54,502 nt of DNA, from NCBI GenBank assembly GCA_022711635.1, contig JAKLEQ010000003.1, forward strand, positions 1-54,502, written 5' to 3'. Numbering within the stretch: position 1 is the stretch's first letter; each line of letters begins with the position of its first letter. Made by a program: the position numbers and the translations under genes. The stretch comes from Methanoregula sp. (GTDB taxonomy: Archaea; Halobacteriota; Methanomicrobia; Methanomicrobiales; Methanospirillaceae). Positions 45,224 through 54,502 of the stretch are shown here, one piece after another. The notes under the pieces were generated by a model. It searched no databases. It was not told the origin of the DNA and saw only the letters and a program-made list of their open reading frames with translations.

Positions 45224-45637
45224 TCAGGGGGAGACCTGAAAAGCCGTCCCGTCGAAGACTGCAATGAGCCGTTCTCCTTCCGAGACGGTGATCCTGTAGG
45301 TCCAGAAGTTCCCCTGACGGCCGGTAAAGTCCGCTACCGCTTCGAGATCACCGGATGCCGGGGCGATATACTGGATGCTTGCAGAGACGGCGACCCGGTC
45401 GCACCCCCCGGCATTGGCAGCGACTGCGAATGCCTGGTCAGCGAGGGTGAAGATTGCCCCGCCATGAATGACACCATGGGGATTCCGTTTCCCCTCTGCG
45501 GGCATCAGGATCCGCGCAAACCCGTCCCGCGCTTCGACAACAGAGAGACCCAGTGCCCGCGCAAACTCACACGCAGAGAAGAGCATGGCTCGCGACTGGA
45601 CAAGATCGCCGGAATTCATGGGCGGGGCTGCAGTCAT
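45224..45637 (-). CDS. PaaI-family hotdog-fold thioesterase
   Basis: NPHGVIHGGAIFTLADQAFAVAANA is the PaaI/YbgC-type motif. Confidence 0.8.
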   Translation of the reverse strand: MTAAPPMNSGDLVQSRAMLFSACEFARALGLSVVEARDGFARILMPAEGKRNPHGVIHGGAIFTLADQAFAVAANAGGCDRVAVSASIQYIAPASGDLEAVADFTGRQGNFWTYRITVSEGERLIAVFDGTAFQVSP

Positions 45638-45739
45638 GGTATGGTGTGAGATGGTATCGGAAACCTTAAAAGACTGATGAGGACAGCTCCCCATAAAGGA
45701 TGGGATATTTACGATCCGGAACCCGAGAATGGACAGACG

Positions 45740-46405
45740 CTAGAGTTTCGTTATCCTCAACCGGTACGTGAACGGGCGTCCGGTCTTCCAGTCCTCGTCG
45801 TAGTTCATCCACCGGGGATCAACAACGAGAGAATACCTCCCGACGTCCTCAATGGAAAACGTCCCGATCCTGTCCGTGACGCGTTCCCAGAAAAAGACCG
45901 GCGCCGTACTCCCCCACTGGAGTCTGGTCACCCCCGTTTCATACCGGGGGGCTTCGCCAGGAGCCTGGATCCGGATCGCATCCATGTAGCCGACAACATA
46001 GACGATGACCGGCTTTTCAGACTGGATTGAGACCTGGAACCGGTCCCCCTCGTACAGGAAATCGTACCCCATGTCTTCAAAAGGGTACTCCTTGTATTCG
46101 CGGATCGTGAGGGAATAGGTGTCATCGAGGATGATCGTCCCCGACCCGGCGGTTGTCCCTGCCGTTGTTACCATCACCGGCTCTCTCCGACTCGTGCTCT
46201 GTTGTGCTGGTTGCGCCGGGAGAGGTGTTGCGGTTATCGAGGGCGTGATAATCCCTGCGGCAGGGCTTTCATCGCCACCGGGGATCGTCGTCGTGAAATT
46301 CTCTCCCGGCTGAACTGGGCCGGAGCACCCGGGGAGAATACAGAGGAGGGACAGGATACAGAAGACAACCAGACCGGGGAGACCGGGACATTTTTCCACC
46401 TTCAT
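45740..46405 (-). CDS. lipoprotein of unknown function
   Basis: From ATG 46405, MKVEKCPGLPGLVVFCILSLLCILPGC is a signal peptide plus lipobox. Confidence 0.65.
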   Translation of the reverse strand: MKVEKCPGLPGLVVFCILSLLCILPGCSGPVQPGENFTTTIPGGDESPAAGIITPSITATPLPAQPAQQSTSRREPVMVTTAGTTAGSGTIILDDTYSLTIREYKEYPFEDMGYDFLYEGDRFQVSIQSEKPVIVYVVGYMDAIRIQAPGEAPRYETGVTRLQWGSTAPVFFWERVTDRIGTFSIEDVGRYSLVVDPRWMNYDEDWKTGRPFTYRLRITKL

Positions 46406-46445
46406 TCCCCCTGCAACGGTTTCCCCACGGGAAAGCCCTCTGGGT

Positions 46446-47144
46446 TCACTTGTATTCTTTCTGGGAGTACTGGTACTTCTCGACCCGCCCCCCGTGGGCG
46501 ACAATGTACATCCATTCGTACAACGACCTGACCGATCCGTATTTCTTGTACCTTCGCATCGAAAACCCGACTTTCATGGTACCAATGAACCGGATCTTTC
46601 CGAGCTTTTTCATACGGAGTGCGATCTCGACATCGTCACCGGCATCGATGTTCCGGTAGAGCCCGGCCCTGATGACCGCGTCGCGGCGGAACGCTGTGTT
46701 GCACCCGAGGGTATAGTAGAAGATCCGCGTGTAGTACCCGACACGCGAATACAAATTGGCTGCAAAGAGGGAGATCGAATTTTTCACGCCGGTCTCGATC
46801 GGGTAGACCGGCCCGTATATCTGCACGATCCCCGGGTCCCGGAATGCCCGCTTGATCGTCGCAATCCAGGTAGGAGGGAGGATGCAGTCCGCATCGGTCG
46901 TCGCGACGATCTCGCCGCAGGCCGCCATGATCCCATCATTCCGTGCTCCGCCGACCTTGGGACTGGTCTGGATAAAGACCTTGTCTGCATACTTCTGCGC
47001 GATCTCCCGGGTCCGGTCCCTGGAATTGCCATCGACCACGATGATCTCGTACTCGCTGCGCGGAACGGTCTGGTGCCGGAGCGAGACGAGGCACTGGGCG
47101 ATATTCTCCTCCTCGTTGAACGTCGGGATAATAACCGAGATCAT
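46446..47144 (-). CDS. family 2 glycosyltransferase
   Basis: The ISVIIPTFNEEENI start and the DADC (DxD-like) motif. Confidence 0.9.
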   Translation of the reverse strand: MISVIIPTFNEEENIAQCLVSLRHQTVPRSEYEIIVVDGNSRDRTREIAQKYADKVFIQTSPKVGGARNDGIMAACGEIVATTDADCILPPTWIATIKRAFRDPGIVQIYGPVYPIETGVKNSISLFAANLYSRVGYYTRIFYYTLGCNTAFRRDAVIRAGLYRNIDAGDDVEIALRMKKLGKIRFIGTMKVGFSMRRYKKYGSVRSLYEWMYIVAHGGRVEKYQYSQKEYK

Positions 47145-47178
47145 GGATTCACACCTCTATTTTTTGATCGGGTGCCTA

Positions 47179-48516
47179 TTAAGGGTGCTGCCGGGGGGAT
47201 GTGGTGGAAGGGTAGCTCTTCACAAAGTCCAGGACGCTGCGGATGCAGCCGTCCATGTTCAGGTACTCGAACTGGGCGAACCGGCCGACAAGCGGGATGG
47301 AACGGGAACTGCAGAACTCCTTTACGGTTTTGATGTTATCCAGGTACGCGAGGTCGTAAACGACATACGCGAATGGCTGGCGCATGACCCGGGAATTGCG
47401 GATTTGGTCTCGATCAACAAGCCCCATCCGGGTAATCGTCTCTGCCGCTTCCCCCGCGAGTTCTTCATCGGTCATGCGTGAGACCTCATCGCCGGGCTGG
47501 TGGGTGATCTCCGCAAGGATCGAGGAACACCCCCGGGGTGCTGCATTCCGGCTGTACGTCGACGGGAAGGAGATCCGGTTCGTCTTTCCGAGTTTCGGGT
47601 CCGGGACGTACAGCCACGAGATCGCGGGCACCGTTCCTTCAATCTCGAACGCGACTGAAACGAGAGAGTTATAGACCAGGGCATCGCAGGCGCTCCGGAC
47701 ATCTGAAGGGACGTTGTCGAGGCAGGGGAGGAGGTGCTGGACCGGGATGGTCGAGATGATCCGTTCGGCTTCGATCGACGTGCAGCCATCGCTGATCGTA
47801 AAACTGCTTCCGTTTCTGCGGATGGACGAAATTCGGAATCCGGTCCGGACAAGGTTTTGCACCGGTTTTGTTATGGCATGGACGAGCGCTTCGATCCCGC
47901 CATTGAGCGGGTACGAGAAGACCGCCTGGTGGGTATACCCCTCGGTCGGTATCCCGATCGCAGATTTGAGGACGTCCTCGACTGGAGGGCGGGGGATCCT
48001 GCCCTCTACCCAGTGGGCGGACATCCGCTCGGTCGGGTATTTCCAGATCTTCTCATTATACGGGACCATGTAGCACTCTGCGATCCCCCTGCCAAATGTC
48101 CCGAAAATCCACTCCCGGAAGTTGGCAGGAGAGGGGACAATCCCCTTTTCGAACGCGATTTGCGCCTTGACAAACTCGTTGATGCAGAAGAACCGGTCTT
48201 CTGGAGGGAGATCAGAAAGCCCATTCTCGAACGGATACTTCACGAACGCCCCCTTGTAAAAGATCTTGGTGTTCCGTGGATTGCGCTGTTCATTGCCCTC
48301 AATCATCCGGCGCATAAAGGAGAGGACTTCTGCATCCCGAGAGAAGATAATGTGCGAGCCGCCGGTATCGAACGTGAACCCGTTACCGGTCACCGAGCGG
48401 CAGAGTCCTCCGACCTTGTCCTCGGCTTCGAGAACGATGACATCGTCTCCCCGTTCGTGGAGAAGCCGGGCGAGCGTGAGCCCGGAAAGCCCGCCGCCAA
48501 GAATCGCAGTTGTCAC
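47179..48516 (-). CDS. FAD-dependent oxidoreductase (amine oxidase / UDP-galactopyranose mutase / protoporphyrinogen oxidase-like)
   Basis: [16 protein letters not shown]...[10 protein letters not shown] is a dinucleotide-binding motif. The gene is adjacent to a GT2 gene. Confidence 0.8.
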   Translation of the reverse strand: MTTAILGGGLSGLTLARLLHERGDDVIVLEAEDKVGGLCRSVTGNGFTFDTGGSHIIFSRDAEVLSFMRRMIEGNEQRNPRNTKIFYKGAFVKYPFENGLSDLPPEDRFFCINEFVKAQIAFEKGIVPSPANFREWIFGTFGRGIAECYMVPYNEKIWKYPTERMSAHWVEGRIPRPPVEDVLKSAIGIPTEGYTHQAVFSYPLNGGIEALVHAITKPVQNLVRTGFRISSIRRNGSSFTISDGCTSIEAERIISTIPVQHLLPCLDNVPSDVRSACDALVYNSLVSVAFEIEGTVPAISWLYVPDPKLGKTNRISFPSTYSRNAAPRGCSSILAEITHQPGDEVSRMTDEELAGEAAETITRMGLVDRDQIRNSRVMRQPFAYVVYDLAYLDNIKTVKEFCSSRSIPLVGRFAQFEYLNMDGCIRSVLDFVKSYPSTTSPRQHP

Positions 48517-48589
48517 GCAGGAATAGTGGGACGCAGGAGAATATTATTGTTGATGGGGAAGGATGAAGAGGAGGAATTCCTCCCCATTT

Positions 48590-50107
48590 TTACGGCTGCT
48601 TCTGGATATACCACCCTGTCAGCGTTTCATCCAAGACTTTCTCGCTGTGCGGGGGGGTCAGGTAACTGACCACGATCATTGCAATGACCGAGATGACGAA
48701 TGCATAGAACGAGAAGTGGAAGGGCATCGGGATAATGTTGATCTTGAAGTAGCTGAGGCCACCAAAGAAGAGCGAGGCGACAAGCCCGAGCAGCATCGCA
48801 GAGAACGCCCCCTGCTGGGTTGCCCGTCGCCAGTAGAGCCCGGCAAGGAGCGGGACGGCAAAGGTCGCGAACATGATTCCGATCCCTGCCCAGATGAGCC
48901 AGACCAGCATGTCCGGCGGGTTAAGGGCGAGGAGCAGGGTAACGACGGCTGCGGTCAGGACGGAAACCTGGCTGACGAGGATAACCTTCTTCTCCGGTGC
49001 ATCAGGCCGCAAAATCTTCTTGTAAATATCCCAGGAAAAGTATGTCCCGATGGTGAGCATCAGTCGGTCGGTCGTCGACATGACGGCGGCAAGAACGATC
49101 ACCGCAAAGATGCCCCACAGGGCAATACTCGGGAGTGCTGCCTGAACGCCGTAAACAAAGATGAAATCCGAGGCATTCTTCACATCCGGAAGCGTGACGA
49201 GCCCGTCTTTGACAAGGACGATCCCCGCAAAGCCTGCGAACTTCAAAAGGAACATGACGATCCCGTAGACGACGAACGCGATCAACGGGGACCATTTGAA
49301 GTATTTCACGTCCTTGACACACAGGATATTGTTGATCACATGCGGGGCGCAGGCAAGGCCGATGGTAAGCAGCAGGAAGAACGACACGATATATGTCGGG
49401 GTAAATACGGCTCCTGCACCCGTCACCCACGGGTCGACATTCGTCGGGTTGACGGATGCCATCACCTGATTGATATTTTCAAAACCCCCGGCAGCCATGA
49501 TCACGATCGGGGCCATGATAACAACCCCGATGATCAGCATGAGACCCTGGACGAGCGTTGTCCACGCGACCGCATAAAGTCCGCCGATCACCGTGTAGAC
49601 AGTGACGATAGCGGCACCGAGGAGGAGTGCAAGCCAGTGTGGCAGACCGAAGAGCCACATCAGGACGATGCTGATCGCCGTGTACTGCCCGGCAAGATAG
49701 ATCATCGAGACAACGATGCCGGAAACCGCGCTCAGGGCCCGAAGGGACTGCTGGCTCTCGTACCGGTGGGCAAGGTAGTCCTGCACGGTGATGTATCCCG
49801 ACTTCTTTGCTACCGTCCACATCTTGACACCAAAGAAGATGATGCAGAATGCAATCGAGAGCGGGACAGCAATCTGCTCCCAGATTGTCGGCCAGGCGAA
49901 TTTGAAGCCGAGCCCCGAGACGCCGAGCAGGGACATCCCCGAGCAGACCGATCCGATCATGAGCATGGTAAAGACCCAGAAATCGAGCGAACGGCCGGCG
50001 ACAACATAATCGGACATGTTCTGGATCTTTTTGCTTGCCCAGACACCAATGGCAAGCATGACGATACAGTACAGGGCAACAAGGCCGGCGGCAACAGGGT
50101 CGATCAT
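48590..50107 (-). CDS. sodium:solute symporter (SSS) family transporter
   Basis: 505 aa with about 13 hydrophobic helices. The N-terminal DYVVAGRSL motif is typical of the SSS family. Confidence 0.9.
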   Translation of the reverse strand: MIDPVAAGLVALYCIVMLAIGVWASKKIQNMSDYVVAGRSLDFWVFTMLMIGSVCSGMSLLGVSGLGFKFAWPTIWEQIAVPLSIAFCIIFFGVKMWTVAKKSGYITVQDYLAHRYESQQSLRALSAVSGIVVSMIYLAGQYTAISIVLMWLFGLPHWLALLLGAAIVTVYTVIGGLYAVAWTTLVQGLMLIIGVVIMAPIVIMAAGGFENINQVMASVNPTNVDPWVTGAGAVFTPTYIVSFFLLLTIGLACAPHVINNILCVKDVKYFKWSPLIAFVVYGIVMFLLKFAGFAGIVLVKDGLVTLPDVKNASDFIFVYGVQAALPSIALWGIFAVIVLAAVMSTTDRLMLTIGTYFSWDIYKKILRPDAPEKKVILVSQVSVLTAAVVTLLLALNPPDMLVWLIWAGIGIMFATFAVPLLAGLYWRRATQQGAFSAMLLGLVASLFFGGLSYFKINIIPMPFHFSFYAFVISVIAMIVVSYLTPPHSEKVLDETLTGWYIQKQP

Positions 50108-50211
50108 GCTGAGATCTCCTTGAAATTCAGACCCCAGAGGATCAAAGCGATCAGGATGATCAACACAGCTCCGCCCACGGCGACGATTGTCAGTAATGGA
50201 AGGCCAAACAT
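50104..50211 (-). CDS. 35-aa single-TM peptide translationally coupled to the SSS transporter (possible small subunit)
   Basis: Manual translation gives MFGLPLLTIVAVGGAVLIILIALILWGLNFKEISA. Its TGA overlaps the transporter ATG (ATGA). It is too short for the ORF track. Confidence 0.45.
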   Translation of the reverse strand: MFGLPLLTIVAVGGAVLIILIALILWGLNFKEISA

Positions 50212-50379
50212 TGTACCAGAATAAGCGTGCAGTATGCTAACATTTAACATATTCGAATTGTTTTTCCGCCAGAATGAACCTTATTGCGGATTAAAGGGTT
50301 CTCCTGCGGGTAAAATGGGAGCCGAATGCATTGAAAATATACGGTAGACGGATCGAAAAAAAGAGAAACAACCGGGATA

Positions 50380-50883
50380 CTATTTTCCCGTCCCGGCTGT
50401 TTTTGATCCGCGCAAAATGCCGATCCTTCCGGTCCGGACCAGTTCCTTGATGCCATATTGCCTGAGGAGTTTCTCAAGGGCATCGATCTTGTCGGTATCG
50501 CCGACAACCTGGAGCACCATGGTCTTTGCCCCGACATCAACGATCTGGGCACGGAAGATCTCGGCGATCTGCATGATCTCGGCGCGGGAGGTTCCCGGAT
50601 CGGCTGCTACCTTGATCAGGGCGAGTTCGCGTTCCACGCGTTCGTTCTCCATCAGATCGGAAACCTTGATGATATCGATGAGCTTGTTGAGCTGCTTTGT
50701 CACCTGCTCGACTTTCTCGTCATCCCCGATGACCACGATGGTGATGCGGCTCATGCCGGGCTCCTCGCAGGTGCCGACGGCGAGGCTCTCGATGTTGAAC
50801 CCGCGCCGGGAGAAAAGGTTGGTGACCCGGGAAAGTACCCCGGCTTTGTTCTCGACAAGGACGGCAAGCGTGTGCTGCTTCAT
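50380..50883 (-). CDS. ilvN: acetolactate synthase small (regulatory) subunit
   Basis: HTLAVLVENKAGVLSRVTNLFSRRGFNIESL is an ACT domain typical of IlvH/IlvN. The gene overlaps the ilvB stop. Confidence 0.92.
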   Translation of the reverse strand: MKQHTLAVLVENKAGVLSRVTNLFSRRGFNIESLAVGTCEEPGMSRITIVVIGDDEKVEQVTKQLNKLIDIIKVSDLMENERVERELALIKVAADPGTSRAEIMQIAEIFRAQIVDVGAKTMVLQVVGDTDKIDALEKLLRQYGIKELVRTGRIGILRGSKTAGTGK

Positions 50884-52556
50884 GATGGCGTATGCCCCCC
50901 GATCATCTCGTTGATGGCAGCCCCGGCCGGCACCATCGGGAAGACGTTCTCCTCCCGCTCGATCCGGAAGTCCATGACGAACGGGCCGTCGCAGTCGAGT
51001 GCAGCCTTCAAGGCCGGCATAACATCCTCGCAGGACTCAACCTTCATGCCGTCAATGCCATAAGCATTGGCAATCTTCACAAACTCCACTGGAGGCAGTT
51101 CCGTGAAGGAATACCGCCGGTCATAGAAGAGCTCCTGCCATTGCCGGACCATGCCGAGGTACATGTTGTTCATAATCGCGATCTTGACCGGAATCTTATT
51201 TGCGGCGACCGTACCCATCTCCTGGATGTTCATCTGGATGGACCCGTCTCCGGCAACGTCGAAGACCGGGAGATCGGGACGTGCGAAGTGGGCACCGATC
51301 GCGGCCGGGAACCCGTAACCCATGGTCCCGAGACCCCCGCTCGTGATCCAGGTCCGCGGGTGCCGGAAGGTGAACCACTGTGCCGTCCACATCTGGTTCT
51401 GTCCGACCTCGGAGACGATCACGGCATCGCCTTTCAAGAGCTCGTTCATCTGCTGCAGGATGAACTGCGGGTGGAGACACCCGTCCTTCCGGTATTTAAG
51501 GGGGTGGTGCTGCTTCCAGTGCTTCACACGCTTCATCCAGGCATCCTTTGCGCCGGTCTTCTTGAACAGCGCAAGCATATCCTTCAGCACAAGCCGGACA
51601 TCCCCGACAATCGGGACATCCACCCGCTTGTTCTTCCCGATCTCGGCAGGATCGATATCGATATGGATGATTTTCGCGTTGGGAGCAAACTTGCTGGCAT
51701 TCCCCGTGACACGGTCATCGAAACGGACACCGATCGCGATCAGCAGGTCTGACTCCGTGATCGCGAAGTTTGCGTACTCTGTCCCGTGCATGCCGAGCAT
51801 GCCAAGGTTCAGGGGGTGGTCGCCCGGGATGCATCCGATCCCCATGAGCGTTGTTGTCACGGGGATCGAGAGCATGCCTGCGAGCGAGACCAGCTCGGCG
51901 GAGCCGTTTGAGGCGATGACTCCCCCGCCGGCATAGATCACCGGCCGCTCGGCTGCCGCGATCAGCTGGAGGGCTTTCTCGATCTGCCGCTTATGCCCTT
52001 TGTATGTCGGGTTATACCCCCGGAGGCTGACCGTCTCGGGGTATTCAACCTTCTCGACAACACCCGTGCTGACATCTTTCGGCACGTCGATAAGGACGGG
52101 GCCGGGCCGTCCCGTCCCGGCAATATAGAAGGCTTCCTTAACTGTCCGGGCAACATCACGGGCATCTTTAATCAGGTAATTGTGCTTGGTGACCGGCATC
52201 GTGATGCCGGTGATATCGGACTCCTGGAATGCATCGTTGCCCAGCAGGTTTGTCGGGACCTGCCCGGTGATCGCGACGATGGGGATCGAGTCCATGTATG
52301 CAGTCGCAATACCCGTAACAAGGTTGCATGCGCCCGGCCCTGATGTTGCGAGACAGGCCCCGACCTTCCCGCTTGCCCGTGCATACCCGTCGGCAGCATG
52401 CGCTGCTGCCTGCTCGTGCCGGACGAGAAGGTGCTTTAAGCTGGAGTCGTAGAGCTCATCATAGATTGGGAGAACCACGCCGCCAGGGTAGCCGAATAAG
52501 ATATCGACACCCTCGCGCTGCAATGATTCAACGAGGATTTTTGCCCCGGTCTTCAT
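50880..52556 (-). CDS. ilvB: acetolactate synthase large subunit
   Basis: ThDP-enzyme motifs (GGLGTMGYGFPAAIGA, GDGSIQMNIQE). 558 aa. Confidence 0.95.
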   Translation of the reverse strand: MKTGAKILVESLQREGVDILFGYPGGVVLPIYDELYDSSLKHLLVRHEQAAAHAADGYARASGKVGACLATSGPGACNLVTGIATAYMDSIPIVAITGQVPTNLLGNDAFQESDITGITMPVTKHNYLIKDARDVARTVKEAFYIAGTGRPGPVLIDVPKDVSTGVVEKVEYPETVSLRGYNPTYKGHKRQIEKALQLIAAAERPVIYAGGGVIASNGSAELVSLAGMLSIPVTTTLMGIGCIPGDHPLNLGMLGMHGTEYANFAITESDLLIAIGVRFDDRVTGNASKFAPNAKIIHIDIDPAEIGKNKRVDVPIVGDVRLVLKDMLALFKKTGAKDAWMKRVKHWKQHHPLKYRKDGCLHPQFILQQMNELLKGDAVIVSEVGQNQMWTAQWFTFRHPRTWITSGGLGTMGYGFPAAIGAHFARPDLPVFDVAGDGSIQMNIQEMGTVAANKIPVKIAIMNNMYLGMVRQWQELFYDRRYSFTELPPVEFVKIANAYGIDGMKVESCEDVMPALKAALDCDGPFVMDFRIEREENVFPMVPAGAAINEMIGGHTPS

Positions 52557-54021
52557 GTTCTTCCCTCAGTAGTCTATTCATGCCGGCGATCATCGCCTCG
52601 ACACTTGCCATGATGATGTCGGTGCGCGCGCCACGTGAAGTAATTATCTTCCCGTCCTTACTTAATCTTACGGTAACTTCCACGAGAGCGTCGGTCCCGC
52701 CGCTGATTGCGTCCACATGGTACTCTTCGAGCCGGATATCCGCTACATCAGCGATCGATTTGCGGAGGACCTGCATGGCGGCATCGACCGGGCCGTCACC
52801 CGTGGCAGCCCCGGTGATCTCCTGCCCGTTGACAACGAGGGTCACCGATGCTGTGGGGATCATGGAACTCCCCGAGACAGCGGTGAACTGGCGCATCCGG
52901 ATGAATGGTTTGCACTCGATGGCAAGGACGGCATCTGCGATTGCCATCAGGTCGGTGTCGGATACGCGTTTCCCTTCATCGCCCAGCTTCTTGACCCTTT
53001 TCACGATCTCCCGCAGCTGGTTCTCATCGGTCGAATAATGCATCTCTTCGAGCGCTGCTTCCACGGATGCGGAGCCGGAATGTTTCCCGAGCACGATCCG
53101 GCGCTTCCTGCCGATCGTCTCCGGCTGGACGGACTCGTACGTCGCCGGTTCCCGCATCACCCCATGGGCATGGATACCGCTCTCGTGGGTAAAGGCCATC
53201 TCCCCGACGATGGCCTTGTTGACCGGCAGCGGGATGCCGGTAAGACGCGAGACAAGGGTTGCAAGGTGATAGATCTCCTCTTTCCGGATCCTTGTCTTGT
53301 ACCCGTAGAGTACCTCGAGTGCCATGACAAGCTCCTCGTAGGGGGTGTTGCCGGCACGCTCCCCGATCCCGTTGACCGTGGCATGCGCACAGGTCGCCCC
53401 GGATTTCAGGGCGGCAAGGGTGTTGCCCAGCGCCATCCCGAGGTCGTCGTGGCAGTGGATGGAGAGCGGGGCGATTGCAGCAAGCGGCGGTATGAATTCC
53501 GCGGTCTTTTCCGGGGTGAGGATGCCGACGGTATCGCAGAAACAGAGCCGGTCAGCCCCGCACCGGACACCTTCGGTGAAGAGTTCCCGCAGGAACACCT
53601 GGTCTGCACGGGAGGCATCTTCCCCGGAGAGTTCGACGATCAGCCCGCGCTCTTTGGCGTAGGTAACCGCGCTGAACGCCATCTCGGCGACCTGTTCCCG
53701 CGTCTTTCGCATCTTCTTCGCGATATGCAGGTCGCTGACCGGGATGACGAGGTGGACGGAATCCGCCCCGAAGTCCGCGGCAAGATCAATGTCGCCGGGA
53801 AGGGCCCGGACATACGTGCAGATCTCCGACGAGAGGCCCGCTTCCGAGATCCGGCGGATCGCAGAACGTTCTCCCTCGGATGCTGCCGCGGATCCGGCCT
53901 CGATAACATCGATACCGACAGATGCCAGTTTGGCTGCTATCTCCAGTTTCTGTTCGGGTTTCAGCGAGACACCGGGCGTCTGTTCCCCGTCCCGTAACGT
54001 GGTATCAAAAAAGCGGATCAT
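52528..54021 (-). CDS. 2-isopropylmalate synthase / (R)-citramalate synthase family enzyme
   Basis: FDTTLRDGEQTPGV and HCHDDLGMALGNTLAAL motifs plus a C-terminal LeuA-dimer regulatory domain. ATG 54021 is preferred to GTG 54042. LeuA and CimA cannot be told apart by eye. Confidence 0.9.
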   Translation of the reverse strand: MIRFFDTTLRDGEQTPGVSLKPEQKLEIAAKLASVGIDVIEAGSAAASEGERSAIRRISEAGLSSEICTYVRALPGDIDLAADFGADSVHLVIPVSDLHIAKKMRKTREQVAEMAFSAVTYAKERGLIVELSGEDASRADQVFLRELFTEGVRCGADRLCFCDTVGILTPEKTAEFIPPLAAIAPLSIHCHDDLGMALGNTLAALKSGATCAHATVNGIGERAGNTPYEELVMALEVLYGYKTRIRKEEIYHLATLVSRLTGIPLPVNKAIVGEMAFTHESGIHAHGVMREPATYESVQPETIGRKRRIVLGKHSGSASVEAALEEMHYSTDENQLREIVKRVKKLGDEGKRVSDTDLMAIADAVLAIECKPFIRMRQFTAVSGSSMIPTASVTLVVNGQEITGAATGDGPVDAAMQVLRKSIADVADIRLEEYHVDAISGGTDALVEVTVRLSKDGKIITSRGARTDIIMASVEAMIAGMNRLLREEHEDRGKNPR

Positions 54022-54273
54022 TTCAGCGAATAAAACACTCACTCATGGCAAACACCATACAGCTAAGTAGGGACAAACATTATTTATAGGTTCGGAACTC
54101 CGCACTGGAGTGCACCAGATCAGTACACCCACGACAGGAAGAGCCGCCCCCGTCAGCGGTTATGGATAAAAAACGGTCGTCAGATCGAACGGCCGTCAGA
54201 TCTGCTGATATCAGGAAGACGTTACTATCATGTACCAGTCATTCTCCATAGTATACAGGCAGGAAACATCGAT

Positions 54274-54502
54274 ATGACCGATGGTCCCGATATGGTTCCG
54301 GAACTCTCAGATCCGTCGCTTTATTTTAACCGGGAACTCTCGTGGCTTTCATTCAACCGTCACGTCCTTGACGAAGCGAAGGATACGACGCACCCGCTGC
54401 TTGAACGGGTCAAGTTCCTTGCAATCTTTGCAAACAATCTCGACGAATTCTTCATGATCCGTGTCGCCGGTCTCCAGCGCCAGCTGACAAAAGGCGTCCT
54501 GG
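54274..54502 (+). CDS. ppk1: polyphosphate kinase 1, N-terminal fragment (continues beyond the window)
   Basis: Manual translation gives [67 protein letters not shown], the canonical PPK1 N-terminus. Confidence 0.85.
   Translation, partial: MTDGPDMVPELSDPSLYFNRELSWLSFNRHVLDEAKDTTHPLLERVKFLAIFANNLDEFFMIRVAGLQRQLTKGVL

Noticed and set aside
48563-50224. 553-aa ORF antisense to the sodium:solute symporter
   Set aside because: Extremely Asp/Arg/His/Gly-rich and low-complexity. It mirrors the hydrophobic codons of the transporter on the other strand.
52717-53997. 426-aa ORF antisense to leuA/cimA, with similar long antisense ORFs at 43014-44081, 19926-20894, 31784-32701 and 47734-48669
   Set aside because: All lie opposite genes with strong family motifs, and all have the Arg/Gly/Pro/Asp-rich shadow-frame composition.
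1-54502. CRISPR arrays, rRNA genes, IS elements/transposases
   Set aside because: No regularly spaced direct repeats, no rRNA-like sequence and no transposase-like ORF were seen anywhere in the window. The only mobile DNA detected is the tRNA-Glu-integrated element.

Overview
This is a GC-rich (roughly 55-60%) chromosomal segment from a hydrogenotrophic methanogen, Methanomicrobiales-like by gene content. That content includes coenzyme F430 genes (cfbA/E/D/B), methanopterin-linked genes, hypCAE, aIF5A, cdrS-ftsZ and cobD/cobY. About three quarters of the window is ordinary core genome. The left flank (1-23.6 kb) holds agmatinase, aIF5A, IMPase, NAD kinase, ACT-hom, a TiaS-like protein, ftsZ with an upstream RHH gene, cobD/cobY, an archaeosine radical-SAM protein, tRNA-Ser, hypC/A/E, a DUF447/CitG-like/TIM-barrel trio, an Hjc-like nuclease, the cfb cluster, ilvE and tRNA-Glu. 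The right flank (37.6-54.5 kb) holds an adenosine-specific-kinase-like gene, lipoproteins, a methyltransferase, DedA, beta-RFAP synthase, a glycosylation pair, a sodium:solute symporter, ilvN/ilvB, leuA/cimA and the start of ppk1. The stand-out feature is a ~14 kb integrative element (23592-37637) inserted at the 3' end of tRNA-Glu. It is bounded by a 13-bp direct repeat (CCCCATAGCAGCA) with a tyrosine integrase next to attR. The element carries a translationally coupled early operon with an RHH protein, a PD-(D/E)XK resolvase-like nuclease and a D5/P4-type SF3 helicase. It also carries a small-terminase-like HTH protein, an intact large terminase and a tape-measure protein. I can see no portal, capsid, protease, tail-tube or lysis gene. 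Several orphan cargo genes sit at both ends. It therefore looks like either a heavily streamlined cryptic head-tail provirus or a satellite-like element that relies on a helper virus. Other oddities are iteron-like inverted repeats around an AT-rich core inside the helicase gene, a G/C-tract-rich 0.6 kb intergenic region, a 20-bp palindrome array at the cdrS promoter, and a Lys/Ala-rich tail on IlvE. All functional calls come from reading the translated ORFs by eye. No database search was run.
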